Source of the DNA: the human T2T-CHM13v2.0 reference genome, Homo sapiens
Direction: 5' to 3' (one strand)
DNA: 64,000 bases
NCBI RefSeq assembly: GCF_009914755.1
Contig: NC_060944.1
In this document: positions 55,560 through 64,000 of the stretch, piece by piece
Position numbering within the stretch: the first letter of the stretch is position 1
Layout: the number at the start of each line of letters is the position of its first letter
Made by a program: the position numbers and the translations under genes
Notes under the pieces: model-generated
Databases searched by the model: none
Seen by the model: the letters and a program-made list of their open reading frames with translations, nothing else
What the model was told of the DNA's origin: nothing

Positions 55560-56275
55560 AAAAAACCATACTACTGGTACATTTACCAACAAGGATGGGT
55601 CTCACAGGTATTTTGTTGAGTGATATGGTTTGGCTGTGTCTCCATGCAAAATCTCATCTTGAATTGTAATCTCCATAATCCCCACATGTCAAGACAGAGG
55701 TAATTGAATCAGGGGGCAGTTTCCCTCCTTGCTGTTCTCATGACAGTGAGTGACTTCTCATGAGATCTGATGGTTTTATAAGAGTTCAGTAGTTCCTCCT
55801 GCATTCATTTCCTTCCTGCGCCCTGTGAAGAAGGTGCCTTGCTTCTCCCTTGCCTTCTGCAATGATTGTAAGTTTCCTGAGGCTTCCTCAGCCATGCTGA
55901 ACTGTGAGTCAATTAAAACTTTTTCCTTTATAAATTACCCAGTCTCAGCCAACTCTTTATAGTAGTGTAAGAATGAACTAATATATTGAGTGAAAAACAT
56001 AATGAGACAAAAAGAACTCACGTTGTATGACTCCATTTATATGAAGTTCAAGAACAGGTGAAATTAATCTATGGCGATAGAAGGCAGAGAGTGGCTATCT
56101 CTGGGTGAGTGTATACAGGGGGGGCTTTAGAGAGCCTTATGAGATATTAGAAGTGATCTACATCCTTATTTGGGTGATAATTATGGGGGTTGCATATATA
56201 CATAAAAATCATGAAACGGTACACTTAAGATTCCCAGCTTGTACACTTTATTGTATGAATGTTACATTTTAGCTT
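55560..56275 (+). mobile_element. Old L1M (L1MC/ME) 3' fragment interrupted by THE1
   Basis: gtatgactccatttatatgaagttcaagaacaggtgaaattaatctatggcgatagaag...gtacacttaagatt. Confidence 0.75.
55621..55985 (+). mobile_element. THE1 (C/D-like) MaLR solo LTR
   Basis: tgatatggtttggctgtgtc...aactgtgagtcaattaaa...aactaatata. Perfect 5-bp TSD ttgag (55616-55620, 55986-55990). Confidence 0.92.
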
Positions 56276-56369
56276 AATTACAGACACACACACACACATA
56301 CACACAAACATGCACATGATGAGGGACCCAGATAGGTAAAGAGTAGGTTATTTTAAAAACAACTAGTTT

Positions 56370-56895
<526 letters not shown>

Positions 56896-56929
56896 GCAGA
56901 GTTAGTTTACATAGGGCCTATGATATGTG

Positions 56930-57110
56930 TTCAGAGATCCTTTCCATTGATCATGTCATTTGAATCTTAATCTTATAGGGCAAGTAAAAGTAATATCATT
57001 TCTCTTTTACAGATGAGGGATTAAAGTTCAGTGAAATTCAGATACTTACCTTTAGCTCACTGAGAGTAGAGTCAGGTCTCCTAGTCCACATTTCATTTTG
57101 CTCTACCATT
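56930..57110 (-). mobile_element. MIR SINE
   Basis: tcatttgaatctt...tctcttttacagatgagggattaaagttcagtg. Confidence 0.7.
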
Positions 57111-57184
57111 GTGAATGACAAGCCTTGCCTCTCCTTGAAGACTTTCTTAAATGGGCAGTTAAACGCCTCCTGTGATACCCTAGA

Positions 57185-57590
57185 TCAGTTCAAACCCTCT
57201 GGCTACCTATGGTGACAAATCTGCTTTTTAAAAATATATATATTTTTTAATGAATGAGACCAATATGTTTACAAAATACAATAAAAGCCAAAAGCTAGAA
57301 AAATAAAATCCAAAGGCGTATAAAATACAACCTTTCATTTTTTTATTTGTGTAAATAGACTTAAAATACCATTTCAAAAAATAAGTAAGTGTAACATAGA
57401 ACGATTGCTCATAAACATTTTTAAATGTTTGTACTCAGGTTTTATACTCTTCTCATCTCAAGCTGGTAACAAATAGTTTGCTAATCAACACTGGCCTGAT
57501 TAGCAGTCAGACCAGTGGCCAGACCAGTGCTGATTAGCAAACTATTTGTTACCAGTCTGAGATGAGACTGGTAACACTTTCAGCAGCTGT
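57185..57590. mobile_element. hAT-Charlie relic (Charlie4/MER113-like) carrying a terminal inverted duplication
   Basis: tttacaaaatacaataaaa...tttaaatgtttgtactcag...ctggtaacaaatagtttg...cactttcagcagc. Family tentative. Confidence 0.5.
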
Positions 57591-58299
57591 CCTTCGCTTC
57601 ATTATTGGGGGGAATTCAGCCCTTTTTTAGGAAACCTCTTTTCCCATGACTTCCAGCCAACAGGATCTGGTTCTATTTTCTGGAGCAATTAGTCGCAAGC
57701 TAACTGTCTTACATTATAACACCCCTGCCACTTGAGGACAGTTGTCTGCCGGAGATCCAACCAAACCTTCCCAGTTTCTTCTATTGACTTTCCTAAAATG
57801 GAATTCTTTTGTACTCCTTATCCTGGGCCTTCTCATCTAAACAGTCATTTATATTCCCCTAAACCAGCATCCAGGAGTGGAACACAGAACTCTAAATATG
57901 AAAGTGCATATTCTTTGCAAGACTTCTCACCTCCTCCTCCTTCTAATTTTCACAATTTATAGGCCATTCTTGGCTTTGGGTCTATAAGGACAAATTTCAC
58001 TATGTTCTTTATCCCTTGTAGGGATAAAGTCTACAATCTGGCAGTTACCTAGGAGCTAAAACATCCGAGTAGCAGAGTTCCATAAGCCATTGAGTTGACA
58101 GAAAATTGCAACAAGGAAGGAGTAGCCAGTGGAATACGGCAATGGCCTGAGAGTCTAAGTTGAGGGGCAATCTTAAAGTGGCTGACAACATTCCCTTCAT
58201 TTCTTGTTCTAGTGGAAAGCTTAGCACTTAGCTTCCTTTGTAGATCAACTGGTGGTTGTTTTTCTTCTCACACTGTCAGTGCCGGCTACTCTGAAGATG

Positions 58300-60672
58300 G
58301 GGTAGGTGTCCTACTCACTCCTTAGTGCGATCTCTGAATCATCTCCCAAATTCCTCTCTAAACACTGCCCCCTACAACTTAGAATCCCAGGCCATTGCCA
58401 TATTCCACCTGCTACTCCCCCCTTGTTGCAATTATCTGTCAACTCAATGGCTTGTGGACTCTGTTACTTGGACGTTTTAGCTCCTAGATATCTGTCAGAC
58501 TCTATTTCTAATGTCTTGGTGGCTCAGTTTCTTACTTCTCTTGGCATACTCTTGCCCTGCACCCTACTTCACACACACTGGGTCTTCATACCTGAGACAC
58601 TGCCATTGCCAATAACTGTACCCCCTCCATTCTCTCAGTGTCAAACATCTCACACTAGCACTGCCACTTCCACACCTTCCTTCTCACTCCCTCTGATACA
58701 TCACCTGCGTAGTTCTTAAATCCCACTGAGAACTCCAAATAACTGATGCTATCACCTCTTCTTAGTCCCTCAAAACCATACAGAATCCTTATCCATCTTA
58801 AATTCTGTGGCCAGCCATTATAATCACATTTTTGCCAACAAACACAAGTACTTGTGAAACTAAGCCATAGTCTTTGCTAAATCCAACTTTCTGTCTGCCC
58901 TATACTTGGTCACCTAGAGCTGAAAGTGGCTGAAAAAAAAACATACAACCATGATTGTTTGTCTCACATTCACTTCCTATCATCAACCTCAAGTGGCTCT
59001 TACCGCTATATGGTACTTAAATTTTCCCCGATCTATTTATTTATTCTCAAATCTCCTAGGAAACTATTTCATACCTTTTAATCTCTGCTCTACTCCTCCA
59101 CACCTCCCTCCTCATCCTCAATCTCAGATGATGGCTCTGCTTTCTATTTCATAAAGAATATGGAAACATGCATAAGAGTATTCCTGCAGTTTCCCACTGC
59201 CACTTGTCCCTGCTTAGTTCCATCCATGCCCTATATTTGGTTTCTCTCCTATTAGGATCTCAGCATTGCCCATACTCCTAGCTAAGGGCAGTCCCTCCAT
59301 TTGTCCACTAGATTTCATCCCTTCCTCACTTTCTAAAGATATCAGTCTAGAAATTCTGTCACTCTCATCATTTTTTTTTTTAAACTGGAATTTTCCCAAC
59401 AACATGTAAGCACTTTTCCATTCCTAACACTATCTAGCCATTACCTTATTTCTTACCTTCCCTGTATAGCTTATCTCCTTGAAAGAGTTGCTAGTGCAGG
59501 CTTCTATTTGCCTCTTTCATTCTCTCTTGAGCCCACTCTGATCAATTTTGTCCCCATGACACCACTAAAACTGCTTCAACCAAGGCCATGAATGATTTCC
59601 ATATTTACAGATCTCATTGTAAATTTATTCTGATTTCTTGTTTTACTTACTCTTTCAGCAGTAGATGACCAGCTTCTCTCTTACTTGAAATGTCTTCTCC
59701 ATTTGGCTTTCTGAGTACCATAGAGATTATCTAATAGGTATTTAAAATAAATCTGTTAAAAACTGAGTTATTATTATTTGACTGAAAACATTCTCATTTG
59801 CAATCTTCTTCATCTCTAGCAAATGCTCAGGCTAAAACTCTTGGTATTACTCTTGACTGCCCTGAAAAACTTCCATCAGATAAACCTCTTCCATCAGATC
59901 AACCATATCTGATGAATAAGGAAATTCTGTTGGTGTCCATTCAAAGTATATCCAGGATTTGAGGACATCACATCTTCACTGTTAGCATTTTGGTTCAAGC
60001 CATCATCATCTCTTACCTGGGTGATTGACAATGTCTTCCAACCAGTCTCCCTGGACCCCTTTCATACAGTGGCTACTCTTGCTGATTTGGTTAAATTTCC
60101 AGTCAGATCACGTCATTCCTCTGCTGAAGCTGATGTCTCCCTTCTTTACTCAGAATGAGATCCAATGCTCCAATCGTGACTCACAAGGCCCCAGACAATC
60201 CATCTTTGATAGCCTCTCTGACTGCATCATCTTCTGTTCCCAGTCCTGTTTTTGCTCCAGTCACACTGGGCTCCTCACTTCCAGGCATTGCCGACTCAAG
60301 GCCTTTGCCTCAGATGTTCCTTCTCCCTAGAACTTTCATTCTGAGATCAGCATGGCTTGCTCACGTCCATCCTTCATATCTTTTCTCAAATAGCCTCTCT
60401 CAATGAGGACTTCCTTACTCAACTTATCTAAAATTGTAACCCTTCTATTCCCAACATATATTCCTATTTTTGCTTTCCTTTTCTTCTTACCACTTTTTCC
60501 TATAGAATTTTTTTTTCATTCCTTATTTGTCCTTTCTACTAGTTTTGGGTTTTATGAAGGCAGGATTTGGTGTGTGTTTTGTTTACTACTATATTCCTAG
60601 CACCTAGGACGCTGCCTAGCACACGGTAGGAACTCAATAAACACTTATCGTGTGAATCAATGGTTAAGTGAA
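58300..60672 (+). mobile_element. Long L2 LINE fragment ending at the L2 3' terminus
   Basis: Collinear L2 ORF2 and 3' motifs, ending tattcctagcacctaggacgctgcctagcacacggtaggaactcaataaacac...gtgaatcaatgg. Confidence 0.85.
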
Positions 60673-60769
60673 TGCAGGGGATGTTGGACTTTTACTTCTT
60701 AAGATACGAACATTTTATTCCATAAATACAAACTAAATGTGGATCAGCTTCTCTTATATTTAAGCAATC

Positions 60770-61010
60770 ACATCCTACTCTTGATATATACCACGCTTAT
60801 GATCAACTACAATTCCCAGCTCTTTTTCATGTGAACTTCTGCCAAGCCAGGAGTTCCCTATTATGTATTCATAGAATTATTTTTAAATTCCCACACATGG
60901 CCCTTTATAAACTTCATCTTGTTAAACTCAACAGCCCAAGTCTGCCAAGAGATAATTCTGGATCTTGATTTTGCTATATCTTACATTAACATTATCTTCT
61001 AGCTTTGACA
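60770..61010 (-). mobile_element. L3/CR1 LINE fragment
   Basis: cccagctctttttcatgtgaacttctgccaagccagg...aaacttcatcttgttaaactca...tggatcttgatt resembles antisense L3. Confidence 0.6.
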
Positions 61011-61098
61011 AACTGTTTTGTTTGACTTTATTTTTGTTTATTATAATGATAATCAGATAGGACAAATAAAAAAATTTGTGGGCCATCAGAAGAGAAGT

Positions 61099-61682
61099 TG
61101 GGACAGACTGCATCTTTCAAAAACAGCTGCACCAATGAATGCTCTTTTATACTGTGGTGGTACTATCCCTTATTGCGATATTGGGTCTCATTTCCCTTCC
61201 CTTTAAACTGAAGACTCTTAAAACTGCCTCAATCAATAAAGTAGGGTAGAAGCAACTCTTTGTGACTTCTGAAAGTTAAATTAGCGGTGACATTACTTCT
61301 TCCTGTTTTTTTCTTTCTTGGGACATGCACCTTGGACCCTGAGCTGAAATGAAAGAAGTCTGGTTACACTAAGGCCACCATGCTGGAGAAATCACCTGGA
61401 CAGACCACATAGAGATAGAAATTAAAGCCTGAGGTGCCTCAGATGTTCCAGCCCCTAGTTGTTTACATTTCTGAAGCCCTGGCACCAGACATGTAAGTGA
61501 TGAAGGCATCAAGATGACTCTAACACTGCAACTTCATGAGGGACCCTGAGCCAGAACCACCTCACCGAGTTGATCCTGAATTCTTGACCCACAGAAACCA
61601 TGAGAGATAAAAGAACAATGATTGTAGTTTTAAGCCACTCATTTTTTAGATGATCTGCTACAGAGCAATGGGTGACTATCAC
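61099..61682 (+). mobile_element. MLT1 (G/H-like) LTR
   Basis: ctgcaacttcatgagggaccctgagccagaaccac...cccacagaaaccatgagagataa...ttttaagccact...ctacagagcaatgggtgac. Confidence 0.8.
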
Positions 61683-63564
61683 CTATTGTAGTAGAATGAG
61701 CTTCCTGGTGATCAGGAAGTTAAAAAGAATGGGTAAGACTTTACACACTGTCTTTTATAGATTCTCATGCCCACAATATCTGATCCAATGTTTCATAGTT
61801 TGATACATCTGATTATCAGCTCCTCCTCCTGTGGGAGAAGTAAGTAACAGGGTGCAGGTACACAGTTGAAATACTGTTGTGGAGAGTGGTGGACTCTACT
61901 GAATTAGGTCTTGGGGGCTATATATCAGAAACACTCAAGGTGTGGGAGAACACTAATATTCTCTGAGGGGAAACACAATCAATTTTCTTTAAGCATATGC
62001 TGAGTAGCAAGTTTCCAAAACACAGACTCTTTGGGGTAAACAAGAACAATGGTTTCAGTGAATTGAGATAGAATGAAGATGACTAGAAAGCAAGCTTTGG
62101 GAGATTGGTACAAGAATGGTGATAGGCTTTGATTCACGATTTTGCTTTGACCGGCCCCATTTGTCATTTATTTGAAGAAAATTTGAAGAAACAATTGTTT
62201 TGCATGGTGTTGAAATCTCTGTTGATACAAGCTCCTTTTCTGCATTCACCAAGTTCTCTGTGCTCACCACCTTTGGGTTTGATTTGCCAATGGGAGGACA
62301 CTTTTAAGCTCTAAGGCAGAATGTTACCTTTCCATATATTTGCTCCAAATTTACATTCTCACATTTGAGTGAAAAATAAAAAGAAAAAACTCTAATTATT
62401 TCATTTACTCCAGTAATGTCTAATATATTGCAGTCTTTGGAGTGCCAACATTTTATATGGGATTTCAATTGATTCTTCTCACCTTGTCTTTTGATTTTAG
62501 GCAACCTGGGTTCATTTAAAGGCACAAACCCTATCTCAAGTTTTTCATTTAAGATACTGGCTTTAACTCTGTTCCTTCGCTCCTATCATTGTCATAATAC
62601 CATTGTTTTTATATTAATAGCTTTACCAACTTGAACTGTAGATAGATATTCTAAGGTTTTGCTCTTCAAGAACAGATATAATAATTTATTAATATCTTCT
62701 TTCCCCAACACCTCTCTTTATGATTTCCTAAACTGATTTTAATCATAATGTCTGAAATTTTCCCTTTTGGACATTTATTTCAGGAGTATACAGAACAAAG
62801 AAAATTAGCCACAATTGGGTTTAAATGAACTTAATCAGATGATTTTTTAATGAGCAATGAGGGGTTGTCTCCCTCTTATTTCTCTTTTTCCCATAGAGTC
62901 GGACCATGCAAAAAATGCACACAGAATCTGTAGCCAAAAGAGAAGCAAATCACAAGGTTGTTAATTTCTGGAACTTAAGTTTTGGATAATTTAATCCCAT
63001 ATTTAAGTAATATCTGAGCTGCTTTTAGTTCTGGGGCCAATGGGTGTTGTCACCCATCTCTTACTCAGAATCTAAATGATATAATTTGGCATTTTTACTT
63101 CTTTCTGCAATGAAGTGATTCTGATACCTCCTCTCCAGTAGGTCACGTGGACAAGGATGGTCCTTCTCTCTGGAAAGCAGGCCTAGGGCCCCTGCAGATA
63201 TGCTCACAGCACGGTGTCAAGTAGAATGAGCTTCCTGGTGATCAGGAAGTAAAAGAGAATGGGTGAGACTTTACACACTGCCTTTTATAAATTCTCATGC
63301 CCACAATATCTGATCAAATGTTTCATACTTTGATACATCTGATTGTCAACTCCTTCTGTGGAAGAAATAAGTAACAGAGCGGAAAGAGACCAGAAAGTCC
63401 TTTGTGGGCATTCCTTTTGAGTGGGAAGAAGGGGAAGAAATTACCTTGGGGTGGGCCAGTAAGGCTAAACGAGAACTGGAGTCTGTCATCCTTCACTTGC
63501 ACCATCTTCCTAGACTCTATTTCCTCTTATCCAATTATGTTTAACAGCTGGGTCAATAGTTGAA

Positions 63565-64000
63565 TTCGATTGTGGCTGATATTTCAGGACAAGTATATCA
63601 AGCCTAGTGGTTTAAAATAATAACCATTCATTGTCTCTTGTGAATCTCAAGGTCAGTGTGGTGGTTCTGGTGATCTTGGCTGGGATCATTCATGCATCTG
63701 CAGTCAACTGCTGGGTCAGCTAGAGCCCAGCTGGTCAGGATGACCTCAAATGGGATGACGCTACTTTCTTCCCTATATGTCTCAGCTGTCTCCATCAGAT
63801 AGCATGGGCATGTCTTCATGGTTACTGCCAGGGCAAGAAAGTCTCTGCATGCATCCCATTTCTTCTTGTTTCATTGGCCAAAGCAAGTCACACAACTAAG
63901 CCCAGATTCAAACTGGGAAGAGAATACACAGTTATAGAACAGGGAGAATTCAGGGATCCTATTAGTTGGGACTACGAATGCAATCAAGAGAAGCAATGTA
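63565..64000 (-). mobile_element. MLT1 (G/H/I-like) LTR
   Basis: tagtggtttaaaataataaccattcatt...cattcatgcatctgcagtcaactg...cattggccaaagcaagtcacac. Confidence 0.75.

Noticed and set aside
61979-62314. Overlapping short ORFs in unique DNA between the direct repeats, considered as a possible pseudogene or exon
   Set aside because: No recognisable protein similarity, poly(A) tail, TSD or convincing splice pair.

Overview
AT-rich, CpG-poor primate genomic DNA, probably human or another catarrhine (AluY, AluS, L1PA and THE1 are present). No protein-coding gene, RNA gene or CpG island can be supported, and the listed ORFs are random or derived from repeats. Over half the window is transposon-derived. 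A ~13 kb nested LINE-1 complex (10-23 kb) holds an ancient minus-strand L1M host with inserted L1s, Alus and an MLT1 LTR, including a clear twin-primed, 5'-inverted L1PB/PA. A second, internally deleted L1MB with both ends retained (33.3-37.8 kb) sits inside a MER96B-like element. There are also many L2, MIR, MaLR, ERVL, ERV1 and hAT relics. Repeat family names come from recalled consensus sequences, not from a database search, so subfamily calls are tentative and many boundaries are approximate. The structure least explained by repeat annotation is a cluster of short local duplications between 44 and 63.4 kb: three inverted (one a 48-bp-stem hairpin) and two spaced direct copies at about 92% identity. 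I found no convincing evidence of a new biological system.
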